This document shows, in pieces, positions 36,788 through 49,228 of a DNA stretch of 64,000 nt. Source of the stretch: Vitrella brassicaformis CCMP3155 (Eukaryota; Protista; Chromerida); the NCBI GenBank assembly GCA_001179505.1, contig CDMY01000185.1:62001-126000 (forward strand), given 5' to 3'. Every line of letters starts with the position of its first letter. Within the stretch, counting starts at the first letter, position 1. The notes beneath the pieces are model-generated. The model was not told the origin of the DNA. It ran no database searches and saw only the letters and a list, made by a program, of their open reading frames with translations. The translations under genes and the position numbers were made by a program.

Positions 36788-37650
36788 TCATGCTGGAGGC
36801 ATCCCGTCTAGAACATCACCCGGATCCGCTGGACAGACGGCGCCACGAACAACGGAGAAAAACAGAGACAGAGAAGACACATGCCAAAGAAAACCAAGAG
36901 GCAGAAGGATCGGCAGCTCGTCTTCCATTCTTCTGGCAGCTTTGTTCAGGGGCCGCCACTTGGCCAGCTCAGCTTCTGCCTGCTCCATCCGCTTCTTGCA
37001 GTCATCTCTCTCGGCCATGATCTCATCCCTTTCCTTCTGCAGCTCACTGAGGTATTCATACTGACATCGCCGATGCGGAGACACACATGAACCACTCAGA
37101 TTGACTGACCTGTCTAGGCCCCTCCTGACCGAGAGTGTTACAGCGTGACCATTCATTCATTCATTCACCCTTGCTTAGAGTCAGTCTGATGGGTGTAGTG
37201 ATCCATTCATCCATTCTACCTAATTATTCGGCTGAATGTCCATCTGTCTCTCTGCCGGTAGGCATCACGCTCTGCTCGGTACTCGTCCCTCTGCCGCTGC
37301 ACCTCCTCAATCAGGCGCTGCTGTGTCCGCTGCTGCTCCAGCAGCTGCTGCCGCACCATCTCTGCACTGATGTCACCGACCTCAGATGACGCCGACGTCA
37401 CGGCCGAGTCCTGGACCCGCTGGGCCTCGAGGTCCCTGATCTGGGCCTCCGCCTGTCGGTCGCGCCGCTCCGCGTCATCCAGCCGTCGCTTGTAGTCGTC
37501 AAGCTCAGCCCTCAACTCGTTGCGCTGCCTGGTGAGCTCCTGGATGAGCTGCTGCTGCGTGCCCCGATGGTCCTGCGAGAGCGAGAGGAGCACCTCGGCG
37601 TCCAGCGTCACCACTGCCGGTGAAGCGCCCTCCAAGAACACCACTGACAT
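36788..37650 (-). CDS. Coiled-coil hypothetical protein
   Basis: ATG 37650, MSVVFLEGASPAVVTLDAEVLL..., then Q/R/E-rich heptads with an internal repeat (QQQLIQELTRQRNELRAE / QQRLIEEVQRQRDEYRAE). A second exon lies in the frame of ORF 36788..37156. Confidence 0.65.
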
Positions 37651-38055
37651 GGCGTAGTAGATGAATGAGAGATCTGCAACACAAAAGACGAGAAGAAAGG
37701 TGACTGCGTCGAGTGGAAGGTTGTATACATATATTTTATATACACACCTCTCGCGCCTCCTCCTCTTTCCAGCCAAGCTCGCCATTTTTGAGCTCGCCTT
37801 TCTCACGCTCCGTTTTTGTACAGATTTCGTGTACAGGGGATGGGAGTGGATGGAGCATAGTCCATTTTTCCAATCGCAGCGCCTGGGGATGATTGCGTGA
37901 CGATTTTGTCGATGCTCACTCACTCGCAGGCCGCAAGGATGACCAAGGGGACGTCATTTTTCGTCTACCTACACGTAATGAAGACCTGCAGAAAGCCAAA
38001 GAAGAACACTCGTCTCCATCTGTGATGCGTCTTCTGTCAGGTTTCAGCTTCTGCG

Positions 38056-39888
38056 ATGGTCTGGCTGCTTCTCGCTGCCGCTGCCGCTTCTCCCCTCCGC
38101 GAACCTGTCCTTATTGTCGGCGGTGGCCCAGCGGGCCTGTCCACAGCCATCCTGCTGGCCAAGCGGGGCTACTCAGACATCACAGTCGTCGAGAAGAGCC
38201 CATGGCGTGAGTACTTTGCGGCAAGTGATCCTTCCAGCCACACCGTCAGCCTGACTGAGCGAGGACAGCTCGTTCTTCGGACACTCGATTGGGATCTTGC
38301 GGAGGCCGTCCGCGCGCACAGCCTCATCAACGCCATGAGCAACGTCACGCATGTCGGTGCGGATGGATTGTGCGAGCAGATTGCAGAGAAGGCCGCAATG
38401 GTGGACTCGGTGGCTCTTCTGTCCTCTGGCAAGCTCGAAAAGCGGCATCGAGGCTCATCGTCGTCGAAGGAGCTCCCCAAGGAAGCGTGGCAAATCCCTC
38501 GCCACACACTGGTGCGCCTGCTTTCCCGGCATCTGATGCGCAGCTATCCAGGCCAAGTGCGGCTGTTGACTGGTCGGGAGGTGGTTGACGTGGTGCCTGG
38601 CACTGCATCCGAGCCGCATGTGGGCGTGCTGATGCGGCAGAGGAGGGGCAGGAGCGTGTATCGCGAGTCGACGTGTAAGGCCCATTTGGTGATCGGCGCG
38701 GATGGACGGAAATCGCAGGTGACACACAGGACGGACCGATGCACTCACTGCACGTGAAGCCCTCTAATGTATGGTGCACCCGCACGTGCATGCAGGTGAG
38801 TCAGGTGTTGGCCAAGCTCAATCCTGAACGGTTCAGCAAGATCCGCCCCACTCTTGCCCGCCCGGCAGGAAGGAACCCATCAGAAGACACCCCTGTCTGC
38901 AAGACCATCAGTCTCCCAGCCGAGCTCGACCTGCAGACGGCTGCAGGGCCACAGAGGCTCGCCGCAGACACTTTCGCGACGCTTCAGTCGCCCGAGGAGC
39001 GTGTGCATGCGGTCATCTACGCAGCACCTAGGGCCGGCGCCCGCCATCGGTCTGCCGTGATCGTTGCGCCAGCCGAGCATCGGCTGATGGAGGAGAGAGA
39101 CCCACGGCGAGTGGCCGATGCGTTGGCGGATGCATTCCCCCAGCTGCGGGGCGTCGTGTGGTCTGCGAGGGAGGTCGTTCGCTATGCGCGGCGGCGGGCA
39201 GTGGATGTTGATGGATGTCACTACATGAGCCACTGCTGGTGCAGCTGGAGGGGCAAGGAGAGCGGCGACAGCCGGGGGTATGTGGCCATTCTGGGCGAGG
39301 CGACGAGGGGATTGCACTATCTGTCCACACACGGGCTCGACGCCGCACTGTACGCATGAATCAATGACAACGCGTATGTCCGTCACTTCGGTGTGTGTGT
39401 GGGTGTGTGGGTGTGTGGGTGTGTGGGTGTGTGGGTGTGTGTTTGTGTGTGTTTGCAGTGAGGATGTGCTGTACCTGGACGCCGTCCTGCAGGCGAGCAA
39501 CCACAGCCTCTCGCGAGCCCTACCAGCCTTCTCCAAGGCGAGAGTCCGCCAGATGCGCGCACTCACCTCACTCGCCGCCATGCATCCCCATCTGCCCTTC
39601 CCATTGGGCCCAACCCAGCCATCCCTTGTGTCAGCAGTCGATTTCGCGGTGCGGTGGCACCTTTCGCGGTGGATGCCGTTCAGCTCCTTGATCCACCCGC
39701 CCGTTCCATGCCTACTGGCGAGAGCTGATCTGACGTATGAGCAGGTGTGGCGTCGCGCGTGCCGGACGAGTGGCCTGCTGGGTTTTGCGGCGTGGATGGC
39801 CGAGTTTTCGCTGGCTGTGGGTGTGTTGTGGCTGGCGACAGGCGGTGTGCCGGCCGTGGAGGTCGAGTGGACGGGAGAGAGGGGATAG
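38056..39888 (+). CDS. FAD-dependent monooxygenase, kynurenine-3-monooxygenase-like fold
   Basis: Rossmann motif VLIVGGGPAGLSTAILLAKRGYSDITVVEK, then SLTERG and the DG motif LVIGADGRKSQV. The GD-motif region is degenerate (LGEATRGL...HGLDAAL.EDV). Introns at about 38719-38796 and 39352-39458. Confidence 0.8.
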
Positions 39889-40080
39889 ATAGGCATGCAG
39901 CCTAGCCATGAGGATGGGAACGATGGGCCGGTGGGATTGATGAGTGGTGAGTGAGTGTGGATGGATGATTCACATACTGCACTTGATTGGTTGTTTGATT
40001 ATATATTCGCGTCGGTTCGTTCATTTATGAATTGTGTTGACTGACTGCATCACGTGTGAGTGACTTCAGGAGCGAAACGC

Positions 40081-41939
40081 ATGGATTCAATCAGGCGACC
40101 GTCGATCGGAAGACGGGGGGCTTGGTGGGGGCCGCATGCGCGAAGCCCTCCCTTTAACACAATGAGCAGGCGGCAGTCCAAGCGCTCGTCGACCAGCACA
40201 CATGAGGGGCCTGTGGACACCAGCAAGGAGGACACAGTTGAGACGGCTGACTCAGATCTTCCTCGAGATGCGTCCAGCCGACGGCTCGTTCCGACAGAGA
40301 TAGCGGCCCGGGAGGACTTTGCCAGGCTGGAAGACATCATCAAGACCTACTCTGCCCACAGCCCGACGTACGTACGCCACGCAGCTACATACATCATCCG
40401 TGTCGAGAACGAAGAGCTCTGAGACTCGTTGCGTGCATCAATCAGGCTGGGCAAGCGAGGATGGCAGACACTGAATCTGCAGAACCACTCGGCCGCGAGG
40501 AAGTCGCTTTACTTGATTATCGCCCAGCTGCCTCTCTTTGTCAACGTCTCCAACTATGCCATCAAAGAGTTCGCCCGCGTCCTGACTGTCTACCTTCTGA
40601 GCGACCACGCCTGGCTCTACCGTCAGGGCGAGCATCACGACTCTGCCTACATCGTCCTGGCGGGGCGAGTCACCAAGACCACAAAACGTCAGTGCATGCC
40701 ACGTGGCTCGATATATAAGGCGAGGAAGAGCCCCATGGATGTGTGTGTCTTCTGTGTGCGACGTTGCTCATTCGCAGTGCCGCAGCTCGGCGGCCAAACG
40801 CCATCCCATCACCATGGGAGCATCATGCATGGCAGTGGGACGCCAAGCCATTCGCCGTCCCACATCCACCCCCACCAGCAACAGTACAACTCACACGCCT
40901 TGTACCACACGGAGGAGGCCACATTCGGAGCTATCCTCGGTAGGTCTGCCTTCACGGACGACTGACAGGATGCATGGAGTCCCACTGCTCATGACATCAG
41001 GCAAGGATGACGCGACGGCCCAGGAGTCTGCACGGGCACATGGCGAGTGCGTGGTTGCCAAATGCTCATCCGAAAAGGTCAGCGAGAGAGACAGGGATGT
41101 GGGTGTGGGAGGTGACGAGATGCGCGTCACGGTGCCTTCGATGCAGCTGCAACCAAGCGCATTGCAGCAGCTGCATCGCCGCGGATATCAGCGGGCCCTG
41201 CAGCAGCAGGAAAGGAGAGAGATCGAGGCCCAGAGAAGAAGAGAGGCCCTTCAAAAGGCGACCGGCGTCATGGTAAATGCTTACCACCACTGAGAGCCGA
41301 CGATGAGAGACATGCCTCTTTGTTTGTGTGTAGGGCATCCACGCCGGACTGGCCGTGCAGGAAGGCAGCCCGAAAGCCCAACACGGTACCAGACACCAAC
41401 ACATACCTCATTGTGTGTCTCTCGTCACACCCCCTCCACATGCAGGCCTCTCTCAAGACCGTCTTCTCAGAGTGTCCGCAGAAGACATGGACGACACTCT
41501 CTCGGACCGCAGCAGTGAGGCCGACGCCAAGGACCGCCCCACGCAGCATGACGTGGCGGACAGCACGTGGCGGATGGAGGGCACCGGACGATTCGCCATC
41601 CGTCTCAACAACCCCCTGCTGGCCAAGAAGTACTGCACCTTCAGAGCCAGCAATGAGGCGGGTGCGCGGCTGTGCATCCACGAGGACAATGTCAATGAGA
41701 GGGTGCGGGTGCTTAACTCGGCCTGGGGCAAGCTCTCGCAGGACATCGGCCTCAACTATCGCGCCGGGGAGACATCGGCCACTGGCGCCGCGGAGAGGGA
41801 GCCTCACCGCGTGTCCGGCCATGACAGGAGGCCACACAGCCCGTTTGTAAGCGAAAGAGGTCAATGCACATTCGGGACTAGTCAAGGTGTGTGCAGGTAC
41901 GGGTTCCTGGGCATCGCCCACAACTGGAGCCGATGGTAG
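40081..41939 (+). CDS. Cyclic-nucleotide-binding-domain-like protein
   Basis: IAQLPLFVNVSNYAIKEFARVLTVYLLSDHAWLYRQGEHHDSAYIVLAGRV ... FGAILGKDDATAQESARAHGECVV follows the CNB beta-barrel pattern. A GTAG at 41936 suggests the gene may continue into the 42128-43489 exons. Confidence 0.65.
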
Positions 41940-42127
41940 ATTTTCTTGCTGCATCGCCATTGTTCTCGGTGGGAGGGAGGACACTAAAAAGGACTCGCCA
42001 TTACCTTTGATGTGTCCCTCTCCTCAGGGTTTAAGGCGTCGCGTGCTGATGGGTGACGGCCGGGAATCTTGAATCGCGTCTTCGACTTGCATGTCTCCTC
42101 TCTGTATGTGTGTCATCTCCTCTCTAG

Positions 42128-43489
42128 ACACATCGGAAGCATTTAAGGATGAGGGCACAAACGCTGGCGTCATACTGGCAAAGGTGGGCGGACAGACAGA
42201 CAGACAAGGGAGCCACACACATACGGACAGACAGATACCGGGAGCTTTCTTCGGTCAGCAAGGGGAGAAGCCGATAGTGCCCGCTGTCTTCGCTTTAAGG
42301 GATGGAGTCATTAAGGTACCAAGATCGTCTGCATGGCGGCGTCGCGTCGCGTCGCGTTGGCCGTTGCATGCAACGGGATGCATTGCAATGGGATGCAGGT
42401 CCTTCGCACATTGGAGATAGCCAGCGCCACACGATGGCCGTCCACCAAGAAGATTGCACTCAAGTGACTCACACACGCGCTCGGTCGGTCGCTTGTTCCT
42501 TCGGTTGTGTTATCCATCCACTCTGTCTGCCAGGACAGCGCGAGAGCGCAGGAAGGTGACGAAGCTCACGACTGTGGAGGTGGGCAGAGAGAGAGGGAGA
42601 CACGTGAGAAAAGAAGACCGACAAGCCGGACACTTCGTGTCTGTCAGGTGTGTGAGCTGAGGGCGAGAAAGTGGTGGGGGCAGGTGGATCCTGGCCCGAC
42701 AAGGTAAGGATGCATGAGCAAGGTATCTGCGTGGAGTCACCAGAATGTGTGCAGGGAGTATCAGTTCACGTTGGTGACTAAGACCGAGTGCACCGTGTGC
42801 AGGTAGGTAGGGTGGTTGGTGGATGAGTATACTGAGCGAGACACAAAGACAGAAAGGCCACGCCTTCCCCTTCAGCTCTGACGTCTCTCCGCCTTGCATT
42901 GCAGAGCGCAGCGTGCCAACCTACGCATCATGCTCGACGGTCTGTCTGTCTGACACATGCAGCCATGTCCCTCCCTCCCTCCCTCCCTCCCTCCCTCATT
43001 GTCTCTCTCTGATCGATTCCTGTTTCTGTTTTCAGTCGACACGCTGGCCAACATCCAGCGCTTCATCGATGACACATTTCCAGACGATGCACAGATAAGA
43101 GCCAAGTCACGCGACACAGAGGAGTGGCGCACTTTCAGGACACACCAGATTCAGAACATCCGTGACACATGCGAGGCGTCCACGCTCAAGGACTACTTTG
43201 CACGCCCCGTGGCCCTCAAGACATTGCCCAGACAAGTGGCCTCGCTCAAATCGCTGCAGAAAGAGGTACGTCAGTATCTTCCCTCCGAGACCCCGAGACA
43301 CTGCTGCCTTTTGTAGGCCTTCGAGCACCCAGAGCTAGAGAAAGAGCTTCAAGAGGTCACGACAGAGGAGCTCAGCCTCGTCCCGCAGCGGCCCATTTTC
43401 CTCCCCTCCCTCCAGCCACCCAGACAACAAGTCCGCCACACGCATCTCTCCTTCCTGGCATCACAGCGCTCCAGGCCGGCCACCCGGAT
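42128..43489 (+). CDS. Hypothetical protein exons, possibly the 3' half of the cNMP-domain gene
   Basis: A series of AG...GT-bounded exons (DTSEAFKDEGTNAGVILAK; QIPGAFFGQQ...; VDTLANIQRFIDDTFPDD...SLQKE; AFEHPELEKEL...RPPG-stop). Confidence 0.45.
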
Positions 43490-43633
43490 GAGCGCACCAG
43501 CGGGGGAGAGGCAGTTGCATCTCGCGGGGCTGTTTGCGTCGCATTTCACATCGACGAGGGGGCAGTTGACGGCCGCAACTTCGTTTGCCGGTGGCCGGGA
43601 GCACTAGCTGACACCGACATCGGCCATATGCCA

Positions 43634-45265
43634 TCAGTGGTCGAAGACGGGTGTGGGGACATCGCCGCGGTGGGCGCTGCCCATTGGGAGGCGATCGACC
43701 CTGGACAAATGGACCTAACAGAGAGGGGGGGAGGAGGTCAGCCAACAGAGAGAGCAGGATGTTGTCATATTGTGCTGTTGATTGAGGTGGTGGGGGTGGT
43801 GGCTGACCTGGAAAGCTGGCGTGTGCCACCCGCCGCAGGAGCACTGCAGGCCGTGCCACGACCATGCGCCAAGCTTGCCCTTGCACTGCACACATGACAA
43901 TCCATCGACCAGCAGACAGACAGACGAGGAGGTTCATGTGATGGTTGTTAATGTATCTGCTGTTTGCCATTACTGTACCCTCTGATTGGAGCAGACGAGC
44001 TTCCCAGTTTGGTCCTTCTGAACAGACACACAAATTGCCCTTTCCTCTCCGTCTCTCTCTGTGCTGCGTGTGGGGGCGTGTGAGTGGTGCCTTACGAGGT
44101 CGCCCATCCACTTCATGGGCTCGACAAACACCGAAGTGCACTCGTGGCCCGGTGTCTGACAACAGAGAACGATGGACGCACTTATGGTGGTACCTGTGCA
44201 TACCGCAGAACTCGTCTTCTTCCTCTGGAAGCTCTTCCACTTCCACCCATCTCTGGCGTGGTGTGGCAGAAGGTTGCTCTCATAGAACAGGCGCGTGCGA
44301 CACTTCCTGGAACACATATATACACAAACACACCTACCAGCGACACCAACAATGCACTCATTGTCGGTGTCTCACTCACGCACTTGCATGTGTATTGCCA
44401 CTCTGCCAGCTCCCTGGAACTTGCCGGCGGGCGTCTGCTCCCACCTGATGCCGCAACGTCCCCATCATCTTGGCCGCTGCCGCCCTCATCGCTTAGAATG
44501 CCCTCTTCCTGGTCCAGCTGGTCATCAAATAGCAGGCCTTCAGGGTCGTCACTAATGTCAGGAAACGGCAAAGATTGTCCCCGGTCACACGCGCGCTTCC
44601 ACAGCCGATACTGCCTGTGGTGCGGGCTGCTGCCGGCCGTGGTGCATCCCATCCTCTCGTACAGCCTGAGCTGCTTTCGGAAGTTCAGATTGGGACAGGT
44701 TGGGGGGTGTGCGTCCTCCACCCAGCTGAGTGCGTCGTCGAACGACATCTTGGAGGCCTTCATCAGATACGCGATGCAGACGGCAGCGCTTCGGCTGATG
44801 CCCTGGTGGCTAGAGAAAACAGCGCAGCAGAGAGGATCGATGTCACTGTGACCTTCAATCCCCCACCCAGTGTGTGTGCCGTGCCGCGGCCCCCCTACCA
44901 GTGGATGAGCACATCTGCCGTTGGCTCGCCGTCCATCACGCCTTCAATGAACTCGCATGCCTCGTCCAAATGAGCGATGAGATCAGACTCATAGTCGTCA
45001 AGAATCGGCACCTCGTGGAACAAAGTCCTGCTGAGGTCGACACACTCGGCCAATCCCTCAGTCAGGGCCTCTCGCAGCCCCAAGCCAGCCGACACGACGG
45101 CCGCCAGTGACTCATCCGCAAGCGCATCGATGGCGTCGTCGAGAGAACCAATCTGACAGCAGGAAGATGAAATGAGAGTCGCAATGCAGTGCATGACGTT
45201 TGCGCATCCTCCCAAGCGTGTGTGCGATGTACCAGGAGATGAGGCCGGACTTTCGATGCGACCAT
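43634..45265 (-). CDS. DUSP12: Dual-specificity phosphatase 12 / YVH1 with C-terminal zinc-binding domain
   Basis: The active site is rebuilt across an intron: VLIH-tg|c-HQGISRSAAV = HCHQGISRS. Also PNLNFRKQLRLY, YTCK..KCRTRLF, CTSVFVEPMKWM and CKGKLGAWSWHGLQCSCGGWHTPAFQ|VHLSRVD. Confidence 0.92.
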
Positions 45266-45477
45266 CTTCGTCTACTCGTTCTTCAATTCATCCAATAGAT
45301 CCAGATATGTGTGACCTCTTTCTTTTATTACCTTTCCTTCGTTTCCTGCGCCTCATCTGCGAGCTACAGCTCGCAGCGTGGCGAGCTTGCGCAACGGTCG
45401 CCCGTTGTGCAGCGAGGCCTCCATCAGCACCACACCAGCGCGCCCTTCCTTTCTTCTCCTTGCCGGCGTCTTTCACC

Positions 45478-46502
45478 ATGTCCTTGTCTGGTCCTTTCGC
45501 TGTGATCTGTGTCCTTTGCTTTGCCTGCGTGAACGCGGTCAAGTGGATCGAGGTGAACGAAGGGCGCAATGAGAATGGACATCCCGGCATCGGATCATCC
45601 TCTGACATGGCCATCCATACTTGCACAACACCACGAGGCTCGAAGATGCCAGCTTTTTATGCTTCTTATTCGCGTGAAATAGGTCCACTTCCCATTCATG
45701 ATCCCGCTGATGGCACACTCCTTTCTCCTGGGTATAATTATGGCGACATTGTATGGAACACGGGTACGGCTCACACACACACACCGCCTGAGTGGTGGTT
45801 TCTCTCCTCACACGGCACGCGTATGGGTTTGTGTGCGGTCTGTGTGATGATGCACAGGGTACGTTGGCTGCAACATTAACAAGAGGTTCTGGGGGGTAAA
45901 CGCCAGGTACACGCGTTCCGACAACTTCTACGAGACGAGTGATGCTCGCCTGAAGACGAATATTCAAGACCTCCCTGCGGACAGCAAGGCCGACATTTAC
46001 GACAAATTCGCGCAGATTCGCATGCGGACCTTCCAGTGGCAGCCAGAGAGCATGCCCAATGTGCCCGAGGAAGAACTCGCCGAAACGCAACTCGGTAAGC
46101 TGTCCATGGTGTGGATGTAAGAAATGAGTCGGCCGACTCATACCTGCCGGCCGGCCTGCTGCTTGCTTCATGCCGCCATGCTCTCTCTCTCTGGTCGATG
46201 GATGCTGCGCAGGTGTGCTGAGTCAAGAGCTTGCTGAGTTGTTCCCCGGGAGTGTCGCCCTGGACACCTCGGAAGCCGAGTTGTCCAGACCGAATGGCAC
46301 TGAAGCCATCAAGGGCGATGCCTACTACGTGAGTCTGTCATCCCTCATGTACAACAACATGGTCGTCACTCAGCGCCTGCAGCAGGAGACTCAGCGCCTG
46401 CAGCAGGAGCTGGCCGACATCAAGGCGCTGCTGGCTCGCGACGACAGCCCCCCAATGCGCAGGCTCTTCGAGGCCCGAACTGACTTACTGAGTGAGTACT
46501 AG
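45478..46502 (+). CDS. Secreted about 270-aa protein with a C-terminal Peptidase_S74 intramolecular chaperone (ICA/ICD) and coiled coil
   Basis: Exons 45478-45763, 45858-46094, 46213-46502 (813 nt, in frame). Signal peptide MSLSGPFAVICVLCFACVNA. Motifs FYETSDARLKTNIQDL, FQWQ, LGVLSQELAELFP, YVSLSSL and QRLQQETQRLQQELADIKALL. Confidence 0.85.
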
Positions 46503-47457
46503 CCAGTAGTGATTTTCCATGTCAAAATGATAGGATAATTTGTCAGATGCATTAGGGGGCGGGGTGGGTGGGTAGGTAGGTAGGTAGATTAGATGTGCGT
46601 GCTAATAATGCATGCGCTTTTCTACTACAACACGCGCCTGTCTAATTGAAATTGATGCGAAGGTGTGTATGGGGAATGGGTTGCATGCGACGTGATACGC
46701 TGTTAGTGCTTTCTTTGCCTGGAGGGAGGGACCGAATGTGTGCGCGCACGCTGCATGATCGAGTCTCTGCACGGGGGCGGGCGGGCAAGAGCTTCCCGAC
46801 CCGTGGTGTCGGCAGCGTGCGTGCAGCCGTGTGAGTGGCAAGGTCAGACCTTGTGACTCTGCGGTAATTCTTTTTGGTTGGCTGGCTGGCTGGACGGATG
46901 GCTGTCCATTCGAATTCCTTGGGCGTCAGCGGTGGGTTTCTGTCTGTCTGTCTCGGTCTCTCTCTCTCGGCGTGGCTGAATCCATATGTACGGATGCCAC
47001 ACGAGGCTGCAGAGAGAGACGAGTGTAAGCATGTCTGTCTTTTCTGTTGTGTCTGTGTGTTCTGTTGTGTTGTGTTGTTGAGTTGTGTTGTTGTGTTGTT
47101 GAGTTGTGTTGTTAAGTTGTGTTGTTTCTGTCGCGTGTGTGGGGTGGATGGGGTGTCGAGTGGTGGGGGGGTTGACACGTATGGGCACTGCATGGTGGGA
47201 GGGTGGGGTGGAGGGACAGCACGGACACACACTGGGATGAAAGCACAGATCTTTGAACGGCTCTACAGGGGTCTCCGCTCAAAAATACACACCCAACACA
47301 CTCAACACCCATCATACCCAACTACACTTAAGTGGCGTCTGATGTGTAGTATATCGTCTGGCACCACATCTCGATCGATATCGCGTGGCGTACACAGCAC
47401 GGACAGGGCAATGATGTGGATAAAAGCAACACACACACACACACGCACACACACACG

Positions 47458-47882
47458 TCACTCGTCGTCGGCAGGGCCACCCGGCTTGACGTGAATGTTG
47501 AACCTGTACTCCTGGTCGCAGCCGACGTACGAGTCGCACATCAGGTACAGCACGTAGTCGTACTCGCCGCTCGTGCCGGGCGCCTCGAACTCCAACTTGA
47601 CAGTCTGCTCTGACCTGACAGACCGACGCGACGCAATCAGACACACACACAGACATGTCGTGCAGTACGTGTGTGTCAAGTCATGTCATGTGTGGGGGGT
47701 AGTCTTGGCTTACTTGGCGATGGAGATGCGCTTGATGAATGCGAGGTTGCTCTCCTCCCCACCCTCTGCTGCTGCTGCCTTGGTCTTGGGTGCCCTGCCG
47801 GCGATGACCCACCACTGCTCGTCCTTCTCCTTGGGATAAAAGGGAGCAAACACGGGGCCCAACGCCTCATCCTGGTATAACA

Positions 47883-47915
<33 letters not shown>

Positions 47916-49195
47916 GGGCATGGAGACAGCCACACGTGTGAGAAGGATGTGGGGTGGTGTAGGGAGGGTGGGTTTACTTGTAGGTCTCTTTCGAATTTGA
48001 TGTTCATTTGGACGGCGTCTCCCTCTGCGATGTCGTCGGGGCTGATGACCTCGTGCTCCATCGTCACCATGGGGTACCGGTTGCACGCCTGACATTCGTC
48101 ACATACACACACCGACAAACACGCAGTCAGGTCAGCCATCATGTTTGTCGACTTGCAAGTCAGCCGCCTTGAGGGCGCACGCACCTTTGCCACATCCGCG
48201 ACTTGTGTCTGCGAGAGCGGCTGCAGCAGCGTGGTGCGCTGGTCGTCCTCCATGTTGAGCAGGTCAAAGACGTCGGCCACCTCCATCTCTGCGTTGACCA
48301 TCCATCCACCCCACACACGTCGATCCACACACACCAGACGTCGGTCTGTGTCTGTCTGGCTCGTTGGGTACCTTTGGCTTTGCTGATGAGCGTCTCGTCG
48401 AAGTGCGGCAGCTGCAACAGTGGCGACTGTGCGGTGGTCATGGCCTGGACGGTCATCTGGCAGATCTCCATGGCCACCAATGCCGGCTGCAGCCAGCCGT
48501 TGCTCGACAACACGTCAACCATGCCCTGATTGATGAGATGAGATGACACACGCACACACACAGAGACAGACATGTGGGGTGTGTGTGGTGTGTGCGCGAA
48601 AGGTGTGTTCACCTGTGTGAGCCTGACGGCGTGGTCCAGCACATAGCGCTGGTCCGCCTGCAGGTCTGTCGATATCGCTGTGCGGTTGAAGTGAGCCTGC
48701 ACACACACACACACACACACACACATCCGACCTCCCTCTCTCCCCCTCTCCCTTCGGCCCCCTGCCAGCTTACATAAAGGAGTATCTGTGCCTTGATGTG
48801 GGGCTCGTTGATCTTCTCGCGGTCCGACAGCCGCACGCCCAGCTGGCTCGCCAGGCCCTTGAGGACTGCCTCCTCCCCCGCTCTGACCGGGACGTAGTCG
48901 TATTCGGTGGCCGCACAGATGATCTCTATCATGGCCTTGCGCTTGGTGGAGGCTCGCAGCGCACGGTTGAACTTCTCTGCACACACAGAGACGGGTGTGG
49001 GAGGGAGAGGGCGAGGGGTGTGTGTGTGGTTGTGTGGCTGGCTGACCAATGGTGGTGTATCTGATGTAGTAGAAAGCGGCGATGAGCCCGAGGTTGAGGG
49101 CCGAGAGGTCGACTTCCTCCTCGACAGAGAGGCACTGGGACTGCTCGAGCGCCTCGACCGTGGTCTCAACCAGCTCTGACAGGTGATCTGTGGCA

Positions 49196-49228
<33 letters not shown>

